A DNA stretch of 64,000 nucleotides, from NCBI GenBank assembly GCA_964230645.1, contig CAXRHT010000003.1, positions 512,001 to 576,000 on the forward strand, given 5' to 3'. The DNA comes from Bdellovibrionales bacterium. GTDB lineage: Bacteria; Bdellovibrionota; Bdellovibrionia; Bdellovibrionales; JAGQZY01. A program made the translations under genes and the position numbers. The notes below the pieces were generated by a model, which saw only the letters and a program-made list of their open reading frames with translations, made no database searches and was not told the DNA's origin. Shown in pieces: positions 47,663 to 58,600 of this stretch (within the stretch, counting starts at the first letter, position 1; each line of letters begins with the position of its first letter).

Positions 47663-49249
47663 CTAGTTCGTAACTTTTTCCATTCTTTTGATGAAGAGGT
47701 CAGCTTCCTCGAAACCCGTTAAAGTGAGGTCTTCTCGAACCTCTCCTTTAGCATCGATAAAGATCATCGTCGGTAGGCCGTAGACTTTGTAGGTCTGTTG
47801 CCATTCTGTGAGTTCATCAAAAGGAGTGGTCGCATCCACTTTGAGCATGACAAAATCACGACTCTTTTCAATAACTGGTTTTTTACTGAAAGTGAATTTA
47901 TCCATCTCAACACAGGCAAGACACCAATCGGCGTAAAAATCAATAATAACGGGTTTGCCACTAGCTTTAGCCTCTTCGACTTTTTCTGGTGAGAATTCCT
48001 GCCATTGTGGCTTTTTCAAATTCTTTTCGATCTTTTGTTGGTCTTCAGGAAAAAGCTTTTGTACGAGAGGCCAAGCGTAATAAAAGGACAAACCAAATAA
48101 GCAAAGAGCTAGGAGAGTCTTCACGGTGTTCATCCAAGCACCCGAGCGCGGCAGTTTGCCTGAGAGTTGAGAGAAGGTGCCAATCAAAATAAACAGCATC
48201 CCAAAGCCCATGGCAAAGGTGAAAAGCAGGATGAAGCCTAAAAAGCTGTTTTGGCTTTGAGCGATGTAGGCTAAAACGCCTACCAAAACCGGACCGACAC
48301 AGGGGCTTGCGACCACTCCGGCCAAGAGACCCGAGATAAACGCACCCACAAAACCTTTGCCTGTGGATTTATTTGAAAGTTTGTCTCTCATAAATGCAGG
48401 CGCTTGAAACTCAAAGAGTCCAAGAAGGCTTAAGCCCATAGCAAAGAAAATCAAACTCATTAAAATAATTACGATGGGGTGACTGATTAAAGACCCAAAA
48501 AGTTGACCCGTCTGTGCCGCAATCACTCCAAGAAAGGCGTAGGTCAGACCAATTCCTAGAACATAACTGAGGCTGATAAGAAAGGACTGTAATTTCGATC
48601 TTTTGTCATCACTTCCTAGGACCGCTAGCGTTATGGGAATCAGGGGATAAATACAGGGTGTTAATGAAGTCAGTAGACCGAAAACAAAAATGAGAATAAG
48701 AGCGTAGGCAAGGTTGCCTTCAATTTGTTTCTTAATATAAGCCGTTGAAGCGATATCCTCGGACTCTACTATTTTTACGGAGTCAGTAGGAATTTTGCCT
48801 TCCACATCAACACTTAAGTTCACTTTTCTGGGTGTCAGGCAAAACTTCTTGGTACACGCAATATAAGTAAGGACCATGTCGAAGTTTTTTAGGTCGGCAG
48901 GCAATTGGCTCGGAATTTGGATCTGTGTGGTGATCGTTGCTTTTTTCTTAACACCCTTTTTCTTCTTCTTACTAAAGGTGTCCTCAAATTCCACAATCGG
49001 ATCTATAAACAGTTCACCTACCTGAGCCTGCTCGGGACTCTTTACCTTCAGGCGAAATCTTTCTTGGTAGGCAAAAAAACCCTCCTGTAGATTGATTTCC
49101 ATTTGGAAATCAGCCAATTCACCAGCGCGCAAAGTTTCCGTTTTGAAAAAGCCGCGGGCTGAAAGGGGATTTAATTTTGCAAGATCCTCTTCTGCGGCCC
49201 CTACTTGGATGGCCATCAAAAGCGGCATCAATAATGTAAAGAATCTCAT
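47663..49249 (-). CDS. dsbD: Thiol:disulfide interchange protein DsbD
   Basis: ACTKKFC N-domain, LTPCIYPLIP and ASPCVGP TM cysteines, and the DFYADWCLAC thioredoxin domain; start moved to MRFFTLL. Confidence 0.92.
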   Translation of the reverse strand: MRFFTLLMPLLMAIQVGAAEEDLAKLNPLSARGFFKTETLRAGELADFQMEINLQEGFFAYQERFRLKVKSPEQAQVGELFIDPIVEFEDTFSKKKKKGVKKKATITTQIQIPSQLPADLKNFDMVLTYIACTKKFCLTPRKVNLSVDVEGKIPTDSVKIVESEDIASTAYIKKQIEGNLAYALILIFVFGLLTSLTPCIYPLIPITLAVLGSDDKRSKLQSFLISLSYVLGIGLTYAFLGVIAAQTGQLFGSLISHPIVIILMSLIFFAMGLSLLGLFEFQAPAFMRDKLSNKSTGKGFVGAFISGLLAGVVASPCVGPVLVGVLAYIAQSQNSFLGFILLFTFAMGFGMLFILIGTFSQLSGKLPRSGAWMNTVKTLLALCLFGLSFYYAWPLVQKLFPEDQQKIEKNLKKPQWQEFSPEKVEEAKASGKPVIIDFYADWCLACVEMDKFTFSKKPVIEKSRDFVMLKVDATTPFDELTEWQQTYKVYGLPTMIFIDAKGEVREDLTLTGFEEADLFIKRMEKVTN

Positions 49250-49385
49250 TGTTATATAATATCTGCTTCCAAAGGTGATTACAATCTCATAAGCCCGCTC
49301 TAGCATAGCCAATCGCGAACTGTCTACTGGCTACAAAAAAGGGGAAAGGTTTGGAATTGTTGGCTAAATAGGGTAAAGATGAAGG

Positions 49386-50231
49386 ATGAAAGATCAGACT
49401 GTGCTGCCGAAAAAGTGGACCGAATTCCCCATTATTGCCATTGATACAGAAACAAGTGGGCAGTACCCCATCCAAGACGACCTTTGTGAATTGGCCGCGG
49501 TGAAATCTTTGGGGGGTAAGATCATTGATACCAAACAAATCTTGGTCAAACCCAAAGAGAAGATGTCGGATTTCGTCATTGGCATCCATGGGATCACCAA
49601 TGAGATGGTCAAAGAGGCCCCTCCCATTGAAGAGGTTTTGGAAGAATTTATCGACTTTATCAGCGAAGGGGTCATTGTTGGACACCACTCTCCTTTTGAT
49701 CTGGGCTTTCTTGTTTACGATATGGAAAAACTGGGAATTCCTGTTCCCAAATATCCTGCTTTTTGCAGTAGCTTGATTTCTCGTAATGCCATCACTGGCA
49801 CACCCAATCACAAATTACAGACCCTCGTGAAGTATCTCAAGCTTGATGGTGGCCAGGCTCATAGGGCTCTTGATGACGCCAATGCCTGTCTGCAACTTTT
49901 ATTTCAGTGCTTTGAGAAAAAATCAGTGGAAACTTTTGAGGATGCCTTCAAATTGCAAGGCTCTCCTCTTTGGTGGCAGGATTTTTCTTTAAAAGGAAAA
50001 GCTTTACAGAGTCAGCAGTGGGGTAAAGTGATTGAAGCTGTGGAAAGCGGAAAAAATCTTGAGATTATTTATTCGGGTGGATCAAAGAAGGGCAAAAAAA
50101 GAGAGGTGAAGCCTCTGTCTGTTGTTTGTAGTCCAACGGGCGATTTTATGGTGGCTCTTGATCCTGAAGAACCTGAAAAGTCCAAGCGCTTTTATTTCAA
50201 AAAACTCGATGAAGCCGAAGTGATTCCCTAA
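49386..50231 (+). CDS. DEDDh (DnaQ-like) 3'-5' exonuclease fused to a WYL domain
   Basis: IDTETSG, IHGITNEMV, HSPFDLGFL and HRALDDA; C-terminal LEIIYSGG..KREVKPL...KRFYFKKL. Confidence 0.82.
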   Translation: MKDQTVLPKKWTEFPIIAIDTETSGQYPIQDDLCELAAVKSLGGKIIDTKQILVKPKEKMSDFVIGIHGITNEMVKEAPPIEEVLEEFIDFISEGVIVGHHSPFDLGFLVYDMEKLGIPVPKYPAFCSSLISRNAITGTPNHKLQTLVKYLKLDGGQAHRALDDANACLQLLFQCFEKKSVETFEDAFKLQGSPLWWQDFSLKGKALQSQQWGKVIEAVESGKNLEIIYSGGSKKGKKREVKPLSVVCSPTGDFMVALDPEEPEKSKRFYFKKLDEAEVIP

Positions 50232-50264
50232 AACCAAAATTCATCCGGTGTAATGATTGAACAT

Positions 50265-51218
50265 TTACCCGTTCTTAGAAATGGCTTCAGGATCTTTTTC
50301 GCCTTCAGGCAGAAGGGGAACCATATGAGAGTCTTCGACAGTTTGCAGCTCGCGCGCAATTTTTTCAGCGAGATCCTCGAGTTCGGGGAACTCATCGCCT
50401 TTTCGTAATTTAAGCTTGTAGTAGTTACCTTGAATATAGTTATCGATGAACTTTTCAAAGGCATAGACGGGTCCCACAATTCTGTGAGAAAGCTGCTTTC
50501 CTACCATAAAAAGAAATGCGGTGAAGGCTAAACTCACCGTGGAGAATGTGACGAGAAACGGAATAAGAAATTGATCGAGCAGCTCTTTATTATTCCCCAT
50601 CAGATCAATGACTACAAAGCGAAGAAAAGTGTAAGAGAAAACCCCGGCAATCAGAGAGAAACCCAGGCCACAAGTGACCAAGATATAGCAGTACCGCAGT
50701 TGAAAGCTTGGATGAATCCACGAGACTTTACGTAAGTTCTCTTTGGGCCACAAATTGTCCTGATCTTTTAAAAGGGCATGGCCCATCATTCCGTATCCAA
50801 ACCATTGCAATAAATCAGCGAGATTAAAAACACCAGTACTTAGGGACTCGTTTCCAAGGACAATAAAATCAACCACATGCCCCCAAACAATTCGATCAAT
50901 CACATTTCCTAGGATCCCCCCAATGAGAACCGACATACCAATTCGAAGGGTGAGTGAACGTGTGGGGAGGAGATATTGGAAGATCACAAAAGAAAAAAGA
51001 AGGAAAGCGCCTCCTGTTGACAGGGAAACAATTCTTAATACAGGAGGGAGGTCTGAGAAAAGACCCAGCATAGCTCCTTTATTAAAATGGAGTGTTATGT
51101 GAAAGTATTCCCAGTGCACCCGAGGTAAAAAATCGAGAATAAGATGTTTTGACAACTGATCGATGGCAATAACACTGAATAGAGACGTAAGAACCCAAAA
51201 CCAATCTTTTTTCTTCAT
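50265..51218 (-). CDS. lspA: Lipoprotein signal peptidase II fused to two TM helices and a HAMP domain
   Basis: IDQLSK, NKGAMLG, GGILGNVIDR, VVDFI and FNLAD; C-terminal SHRIVGP...GNY..LKLRKGDEFPEL. Confidence 0.85.
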   Translation of the reverse strand: MKKKDWFWVLTSLFSVIAIDQLSKHLILDFLPRVHWEYFHITLHFNKGAMLGLFSDLPPVLRIVSLSTGGAFLLFSFVIFQYLLPTRSLTLRIGMSVLIGGILGNVIDRIVWGHVVDFIVLGNESLSTGVFNLADLLQWFGYGMMGHALLKDQDNLWPKENLRKVSWIHPSFQLRYCYILVTCGLGFSLIAGVFSYTFLRFVVIDLMGNNKELLDQFLIPFLVTFSTVSLAFTAFLFMVGKQLSHRIVGPVYAFEKFIDNYIQGNYYKLKLRKGDEFPELEDLAEKIARELQTVEDSHMVPLLPEGEKDPEAISKNG

Positions 51219-51227
51219 CTCTTTATT

Positions 51228-52133
51228 TTAATGGTCGAAGTTCAATCCCACAACTGTCTGGTTACGACCTCGTCGTTTAGCTTGGTACAGAGACTGATCG
51301 GCACTGATTATCAGCTCATCAACACTACTGGCGTGTTCTGGAGCGGTGGCCACCCCTAGACTTATGCTTAGGGGGTAGTCTCTAAATGAGGTTTCTAAAA
51401 TAACAGTTCGTAGAGATTCTGCCGTCTGCAGAGCTTTGGGGGAGCTCGTTTTAGGTAAAATTAAAGCAAACTCTTCTCCCCCGTAGCGAGAAAGAGAGGC
51501 TTGCATGGGAATATTTTGCTGAAGAGTGGAGGCTACTTTTTGTAGAAATTGATCTCCTTCAGGGTGACCGAAACGATCATTGAACTTTTTAAAGTGATCA
51601 ATATCAATCATAACGAGCGAGAGTGCGCTCCGATCCTTCCCGGCCTTATCCCATTCCACTCGAATTTTCTCTTGAAAGAAACGGTGATTGGTTAGTTGGG
51701 TCACGGGATCAGTAATGGCTAACTTCTGCAGCTTTTCTTTTTCCACAAGAGTTTTATGGGTCTTGTAGGCTTCTACAATTTGTAAAAGAAGCTCGTCATT
51801 CTCCCATGGCTTAAGAATGAATTTGTGAATCTGAGCGGAATTGATAGCCTCCTCTAAAGCTTTCATATCGATCTGGCCAGAAACGAGTACACGGCTGGCT
51901 AGTGGAAGCACTCGGGTGGATTTCACCAGAAAGTCCACACCTTTATCAGGGCCAATCAAATGGTCACTGATGACAACCGCGATATCTTTATGCTCCTCCA
52001 TTATTTGAAAGGCCTGTTTAATATTGGTTGTTGTAAGGACCTCAAAGCGCCGACGTAGGGTACGAGTCAGGGAATCGAGTATATCCTCCTCGTCGTCGAC
52101 ACATAGTACTTTCGGTAAATCCGTTTTAATCAT
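51228..52133 (-). CDS. Response-regulator diguanylate cyclase (REC-GGDEF)
   Basis: VDDE, ISD and KPW in the receiver; TDPVTQL, DIDHFKKFND, RYGGEEF and LYQAKRRGRN. Confidence 0.93.
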   Translation of the reverse strand: MIKTDLPKVLCVDDEEDILDSLTRTLRRRFEVLTTTNIKQAFQIMEEHKDIAVVISDHLIGPDKGVDFLVKSTRVLPLASRVLVSGQIDMKALEEAINSAQIHKFILKPWENDELLLQIVEAYKTHKTLVEKEKLQKLAITDPVTQLTNHRFFQEKIRVEWDKAGKDRSALSLVMIDIDHFKKFNDRFGHPEGDQFLQKVASTLQQNIPMQASLSRYGGEEFALILPKTSSPKALQTAESLRTVILETSFRDYPLSISLGVATAPEHASSVDELIISADQSLYQAKRRGRNQTVVGLNFDH

Positions 52134-53625
52134 GCTCCTTAAAAACCTTTGTTAGGCTAGAGAAACTACCATCTAAGGGTAATAGGTAATTTTTGACTCT
52201 TTTATTTATAATAGCAACCTGTTTTTCATGCCACAGCGGAATCACGGGTTTGTCATTGAAAATAATTTGTTGAGCTTTATGATAGAGAGCCACTCTTCGG
52301 CCTTCATCTTTTTCGTAAAAAGCTTTGTCCACAATTTGGTCAAATGCAGTGTTGTTGTAGTACCCACGATTGCGTCCTGGAGGGAACTCTCGGGAGTGAA
52401 GGGTGTTGCGATAGATATCTGGGAGTAAAACTCCCACCCATTTCATAATGGCCATTTCAAAACGTCCTGCTTTAATGTCACCATAGTAGGTTCCCCATTC
52501 AAAGCTTTTCATTTTAACATTGAGTCCCTTTTGTCTTAATTGTTCCGCGATGATTTGACCATTTTCTAGTGCCTGAAAATTGTTGCTAGTTTTAAGCTCA
52601 ATAGTTTTGTTGGTAAAAAGGTCTTGGACTTTTTGAGGTTTTATTCTTGGGGAGGCTTCTAGATTTTGATTGTATTCAGAAAGCGAGAAGGGAAGAAGGC
52701 TGTTGGCTGGATCGGCGTATCCATTAAGGGCAAATTTGATAATCTCATCAACATTAATGGCTTGTGCTAAGGCTTGTCGAAATACTTTTTGGTTTAATGG
52801 GTCTTTACGGTTGTTGAGCAATAAATAAGTAGTTGAAAGACCCGGTCGCGTAATGACTTCAAACTCATTTTCTTTTCTGAAAAAATCGATTTTTGAAAAG
52901 GGGATGTCTGACTGAACAATATCGACCTGACCTTTGTACATTTTCAAAAACCGTGTGGTTGAATCTTTGATGACTTTAAAATGCAGATTTTCTGATAGAG
53001 GCTTTTGGTCGTAATAATCTTTATTGCGTACCAAAACAACACTGTGACTGTTAAGAGCTTTCAGTTTGAAAGGGCCTGACCCAACGGGGAACTCAGTGAA
53101 CTGTTGTGGCTTTTCTTGAACCACTTCGGCAGGCATGATTTTTATAAGTCGAAGATTCATCAAAAACGACGGTGAAAATTGTTGCAGTGTTATCTTAATC
53201 TCACCTCCTGTTTCAAAGCTGTAATCGACTATGATTGAGGAGATGACTCGGTAAGCACTGGCAAAAAGAGAGGTCTCTTTACGAAACTGTTCAAAGGAAA
53301 AAATAAAGTCTTTTCGCTGCAGTTTCTGGCCATTGTGGAAAAGGATGTGGGGTTTTAAATAAAATGTGTACTCTAGATTTTCGTAAGTCCAGTGTGTGGA
53401 AAGGTCTCCTTTAAGTTCTAGGTTCTCATCAAGTTGAACGAGAGAGGAGAATAAGAGATGACTCATTCTCTGTCCAGTGGCATCGGTTGCAAAACGTGGA
53501 TCTAAGGTTTTCGGAGATTCCCCTACGGCAAAAACAATAGTATCTTTGGGTGGAGGCTCATTCCAATAACAGCCACCCATACAGATGAGAGTCAAAGGTA
53601 AGAGAAAAATAACGGCAAAGCCCAC
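52126..53625 (-). CDS. Peptide/nickel ABC substrate-binding protein (family 5)
   Basis: TLDPRFATD, FHNG, PVGSGPF, RQALAQAIN and NRGYYNN. Confidence 0.9.
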   Translation of the reverse strand: MGFAVIFLLPLTLICMGGCYWNEPPPKDTIVFAVGESPKTLDPRFATDATGQRMSHLLFSSLVQLDENLELKGDLSTHWTYENLEYTFYLKPHILFHNGQKLQRKDFIFSFEQFRKETSLFASAYRVISSIIVDYSFETGGEIKITLQQFSPSFLMNLRLIKIMPAEVVQEKPQQFTEFPVGSGPFKLKALNSHSVVLVRNKDYYDQKPLSENLHFKVIKDSTTRFLKMYKGQVDIVQSDIPFSKIDFFRKENEFEVITRPGLSTTYLLLNNRKDPLNQKVFRQALAQAINVDEIIKFALNGYADPANSLLPFSLSEYNQNLEASPRIKPQKVQDLFTNKTIELKTSNNFQALENGQIIAEQLRQKGLNVKMKSFEWGTYYGDIKAGRFEMAIMKWVGVLLPDIYRNTLHSREFPPGRNRGYYNNTAFDQIVDKAFYEKDEGRRVALYHKAQQIIFNDKPVIPLWHEKQVAIINKRVKNYLLPLDGSFSSLTKVFKEHD

Positions 53626-53701
53626 TTGTTATCCTTTTAGAGAGTTATTCCTCTATAATAGAAAACAATGAATCCTGCTGTATAGGCATGCAATGTTAGA
53701 T

Positions 53702-55564
53702 TTAAGCGACGTCTTTTTGTTGGTCTTCTGGTGAATAGCGGCAAATAATAAACATCAAGTCATCCACTAGATGTTTTTTGCCGCGGAATTTTTCAAATTC
53801 CTCAAAAAGTGTTTCGGCTAATGCGTCGGCCTGCACATTTGGCTTGGCTTTTTTAGCTAGCAAACGAAGGAGTTTTCCATCTCCATAGGTTTTTCCATCT
53901 TCATTTTCTAAGTCTGTGATTCCATCCGTGTAAAAGAAGAGACTTTCACCTTTTTTCAAGTTGTATTTTGCCTCGTCATAAACTGAGTCCGGTTTTTCTC
54001 CCAGTCGTTTGCCTCGAACGTCTGCTAGAAGCTCGAAATCTGACTTCTTTAGGTTGTCGCTATTGGGGATAACAATGGGAAATTCGTGACTGGCGTTGGC
54101 GTAATCCATCTCACCGGTTTCCATGTTGATGGAGGCAATAAAGAAGGTCATCATCACTGATTTCTTTGCCGTTGAGTTCACTGCAAAATTAAGAAGTTTC
54201 ATAATTTCTGATGGGGGGAGAATTTCGTCTTCAGATTGAAGTTCAATGACCGAAGAGGTGGCTTTCGCAGCCGCAGTGATAAGGGCGGCAGGGGCTCCAT
54301 GCCCTGTAGCATCTCCAATCCATATAATTAAATGTTTGCCCACGACAGAGTAGTGAAACCAGTCCCCTCCCGCTTCGGAAGCGGAAGCGAATCGACATTC
54401 TATCACATAGTCTCCTACTCGGTGACTAAGCTTAGGGAAAAGGTTTTTCTGCACTAGGTGCACCATGTCCAGCTCACTTTCCATACGAGACTGTTCTAGC
54501 TGGGCCTGCATAAGAGACTGAACCTCTTTTGACATCCAGCGTACATTTTGCGCCAGGGCCTCGATCTCATCATCGGTTTTAATTTTTACTTCAACGTTAA
54601 AATTCCCTTGAGCGATTTCACGAGTGATTTCTAAGAGTCTGGTGATAGAAAACGAAATGCTATGAGAGAAGAGCACACTCACTACGACAATTAACGAAAT
54701 AGCTGCGGCGATAATCAACAGTCCTCTCATAAAAAATCGTTTCTGCGAGGAGGTTACTAAAGATTTGTCTACAACACTGAGAGTGTAAGTATTGGGAAGT
54801 TGTGTCTCCGAATAGGCAACTAGCAGACTTTTTTCTGTAGATATCTTTTTGTCTATAACTCCTTGTGGAGAGGGGTTTGTAAAGACGTCTTGGAAAAAAG
54901 CAGAGTCCGTTATTTTCTTATCAACCTGAGACTTGCGCCAAAATTTAGGGGTTACGAGTATTCCTTTTTTTGAATGGATTAAATAATTGGCAAATAACCC
55001 CGGGGTAGAGAAGCTTTCATACAAATTGCTGAGACGAACGACGCCAAGGATGTAGAGAGGTTCTTCTCCCTCACTGATTTTACTAGAGTAGGTAAAAAGA
55101 GCGGGTTTGGAGCCGAAATCCTGGTAGATAAAATCTTTTTTTAAAAGGCCTGTAAACAGTTTTTTATGGTCGAGTTTTTTCCAATCGATTTTTTTAATCT
55201 CACGTCTGGGATGAATGAGTTTGTCCAGAATTTGGAACTGATTCCCTTTTTCTCTAACTAAAAATAGGAACTCAATATTTTTCTGTTCGAGAAATCTTTT
55301 TTGGCTGATGACTCCGAACTGACGACGACCAAGTTCCGCATTTTTTACGATAGGGCGCAAACTGCTTTGAAGAGCTTCATGGGAAAGATAAAGTTCGTTA
55401 CTGAGAACATGGGCATTTTTAGAAGCTGTATCAAAAACGTAGGCCAATTTGTCTTCGGTAATAAATTTGGATCCAAATGAAACAAATATCCCAAAGCTTA
55501 AAAGCGGAATAAGTGTTAGTAAAATCAAGATCTTTCTACGCAATGGGCGTTTCACTTTGGCCAT
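53702..55564 (-). CDS. Periplasmic sensor-HAMP-SpoIIE (PP2C) phosphatase
   Basis: Two TM segments flank a periplasmic domain; HAMP DEIEALA; GGDWF, GDATGHG, NASH, YTDGITD and DD. Confidence 0.9.
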   Translation of the reverse strand: MAKVKRPLRRKILILLTLIPLLSFGIFVSFGSKFITEDKLAYVFDTASKNAHVLSNELYLSHEALQSSLRPIVKNAELGRRQFGVISQKRFLEQKNIEFLFLVREKGNQFQILDKLIHPRREIKKIDWKKLDHKKLFTGLLKKDFIYQDFGSKPALFTYSSKISEGEEPLYILGVVRLSNLYESFSTPGLFANYLIHSKKGILVTPKFWRKSQVDKKITDSAFFQDVFTNPSPQGVIDKKISTEKSLLVAYSETQLPNTYTLSVVDKSLVTSSQKRFFMRGLLIIAAAISLIVVVSVLFSHSISFSITRLLEITREIAQGNFNVEVKIKTDDEIEALAQNVRWMSKEVQSLMQAQLEQSRMESELDMVHLVQKNLFPKLSHRVGDYVIECRFASASEAGGDWFHYSVVGKHLIIWIGDATGHGAPAALITAAAKATSSVIELQSEDEILPPSEIMKLLNFAVNSTAKKSVMMTFFIASINMETGEMDYANASHEFPIVIPNSDNLKKSDFELLADVRGKRLGEKPDSVYDEAKYNLKKGESLFFYTDGITDLENEDGKTYGDGKLLRLLAKKAKPNVQADALAETLFEEFEKFRGKKHLVDDLMFIICRYSPEDQQKDVA

Positions 55565-55628
55565 AAATGCCTATCGGAACTTTCTTTAAAAAAATTCAGA
55601 AAAAGTGTTTCAAAACAAGACAGAAGTC

Positions 55629-55655
55629 TTAACTATTTTCCTTTCCTGCCGATAA
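55629..55655 (+). promoter_or_regulatory. Putative sigma-28 (FliA) promoter of the giant lipoprotein gene
   Basis: TTAAC-N14-GCCGATAA, with a perfect -10 box ending 7 nt before the ATG at 55663. Confidence 0.6.
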
Positions 55656-55662
55656 GCTCTTG

Positions 55663-58600
55663 ATGGCAATTATACGGTACGTAACTTCAATAATTTTTAT
55701 TACTTCTATAAGTCGGCAGAAGGCCTTTTTAACTGGTCTTTTAGGCCTTTTAGCGATTTTACTTTCCGCCTGTTTAGGAAGCGGCGGTACCGAGCAAGTC
55801 ACCAACAATTCCTTTGGTCTAGGTATTTCCATTGTCAGTGGGAACAACCAAATCGGTGCTCCCGATGAACTCTTTGAAGATCCCGCGCTTGTGCAAGTCA
55901 CTGATTCTTCTGGGGCTCCGGTGGAAGGCATCAAAGTCACCTTTCAACAAGTTAGCGGGGCTTCGGTCTTTATCACCAATTCAGAGGTGACCTCTAACGG
56001 AAACGGATTAGCTCAGACTAGTGTTCGCTCTCCTAGAGAGTTTGATCAAACCGGAGTTGTCCGGGCTTGTGTCGCCAATTCCTCGGCTTGCGTGGACTTT
56101 GAATTTGGATCGGACAACACTTCTGAGAATATTAAATTTATGTTGGTCACTGAGAATGGTGGCACCGAGACAGCAGGAGAGGCCTTTACAGTCGAAGTCC
56201 GCACTGTTGATGCTAACAGCGAGGCTCTCATTGAGTACAATGGAACACTTAATTTAGAGTGGACCTTTATTACGCAACCGAGTTGGGCTGGAGTCGAACC
56301 AAGCCTTGTTCCAAACTTTTCAACTTGTACCTTCGTGGACGGTATCTGTGATCCCGGTCAAACGGTAACATTGACAGATGCAAGAGTACCCACTCGCGTT
56401 TTTCTAGGTGACGGTGATGGTGGATTTATTGATATTTTTGGACAAGTCATCCAGGTAGAATTGGGTGAACCAGCCCAAGTATTTGTAACTGACGCCCTTG
56501 GAGGGCCTGACGCTGATGCTGAAACCGTTGGAGATACTGTTTTTACAGCTGATGATCCTGATTTTACCTTCTACGCGGCGGTGACCGACTCCGTTGGAAA
56601 CTATATTGAAGATGCTCCGAATGCCACTTGGTCTTCCTCTCATCCCACCCAAATCACTAGTAATCTTTCTACGCTGATGGGGATGAGTACAATTTTAGAT
56701 TTTAATCAAAGTATCCCATTTCCAAGTTTTGGATATTTATACGCCGATGTTTCAGGCTATCCTCAAGGATCGTCAGGACAAATTTCTATTGACCCAGGTG
56801 AGCCCGCTAATGTTGAAGTGGTACCCGTTGATACGAATATGACCCGAACAGGAGGCGTTCCGTTTGCTTTCAATCTTGAGGTTCGGGATGCCAACGACAA
56901 TATTGTGGGTCAGCAGTTTGGAAGTACTGGTTACACCGGAACCTTTCCCGTGACTTTTACCTTTAGTGATTATCAATCAGGTCCTGCCGTTAGTGGTGGA
57001 GCCATTCCGATGATCCATAACTCTGGGCAACTGGAAAGAACCGAAGTTTCAAAAGTGCTTCAGATTCCGTTCTTTGCTGGACGCTCGCAATTTTTGCCTG
57101 AGAGAATCACATTTTTTGACGCCACTGCCGTAAATCCAAGAATAAGTCTTAATGTAGACGCTTCTTCTGATCCAGAATTGAGCAATGTAAGTGGTTCAAC
57201 AGTCTTCAATATGGTGGTAGGGCCACCTGATCATTTGATGCTCCGAGATGGGCTCGGGGCCAGTGCAAACACTATGTGTGAAGCAGATTATACGACAAGT
57301 CCTTTCTTTTGGCGGCGTTTGGAATATATTTTAGACCCTGATTACAGAGCTTCTTACAAAGAGTATTGCAATGGAATTTCTGTGAATGCAGGTTCTGGCA
57401 ATGTGCAAATTTATGCCTCGATAGAAGATGCTGGTGGTAACTTTATAGATAACCTCGATGTGACTTGGGTTACCACGGACATGGTCAATCCAAACAGTCG
57501 CTTCAATGGACAAATTTCTGGCAGTAACCCATCAAACTTGCAAACTTTAGCCCCTCAAAATGCCACTGGTGGAAACCCCAACCACGAATGGATTCGAGTT
57601 CAGGGAACTTATAACTCCGTGAATTACGATCAATATTTTAGAGGAGCGATATTACCTGGAGTGCTCTCGCAGTACCAGTTAAAAATTCTTCGCAGAGATT
57701 ATCAGGATCCAAATGAGGCTGTCGCTACTGGTCCTAGAACATTAGTTGTAATTCCCAAAGATGCGCAAGGGAATGGACTGACTCAGCCATTCAATCGAAA
57801 TCTAACTGTCAGTATTAGTTCAAGTTTTAACAGTTCTCCTGACGGAACGCCTCCCTCTTTTATTACGCCAGGTTTACACCCTAATATCCCTTTCCAGCAA
57901 ATCATACCAGTTGATGACAGAGACAATGTAGGAGACAGCACTGTCGTAGCAAGGTTTGAAAATTTAATAACGCCCAACGCAGGCGATGCGGTGACAGTCA
58001 CTGTGACAGATGCACTCGACCCCTCGATCTCTGACTCTATTAATTGGCAAGTCATACCCGGTGAAATAGATAGTGTGGAGATTTGGAAAGATGCGGCTCC
58101 ACCCACCGGTACAAATGTGACAAATGTTGATTTTACAATGACTGCTGACGAATCAACTAACTTCTTTGCTGTCGCTAAAGACGCTCGCGGAAACAATCGA
58201 AACATCGAAAGTAGTTGGGTAACCTGGAATGATTCGGCTCAACCCTTTGCTCCCGCTGATTCTGTTTCAGGCATTTTAACTGGCACATTGCAAACTCCTT
58301 TTTCTGTTGAAAGACCTGGTTCGGGAAAAATCTTTTTAAGAGCGGCTGCCAACAACGAGGGAAGCGGAGCGGCAGAAACCGGTGTTATTACACTAGAAGC
58401 TGGTGAGCCAAGCTATGTACAAGTCGAAATTCCATCTCCAAACGTGGTAGCCGGCGTTCCACAAGATGTGGTCGTTAGCATTCGTGATGCAAAAGGAAAT
58501 ATTGTGACCGATGTGAACGGGCCAACGAATTTGGCTATCACGATATTAAATAACTCTTTAACCCGTCTCAATTATATCCATAATGCCCCTGCGAGTGGCG

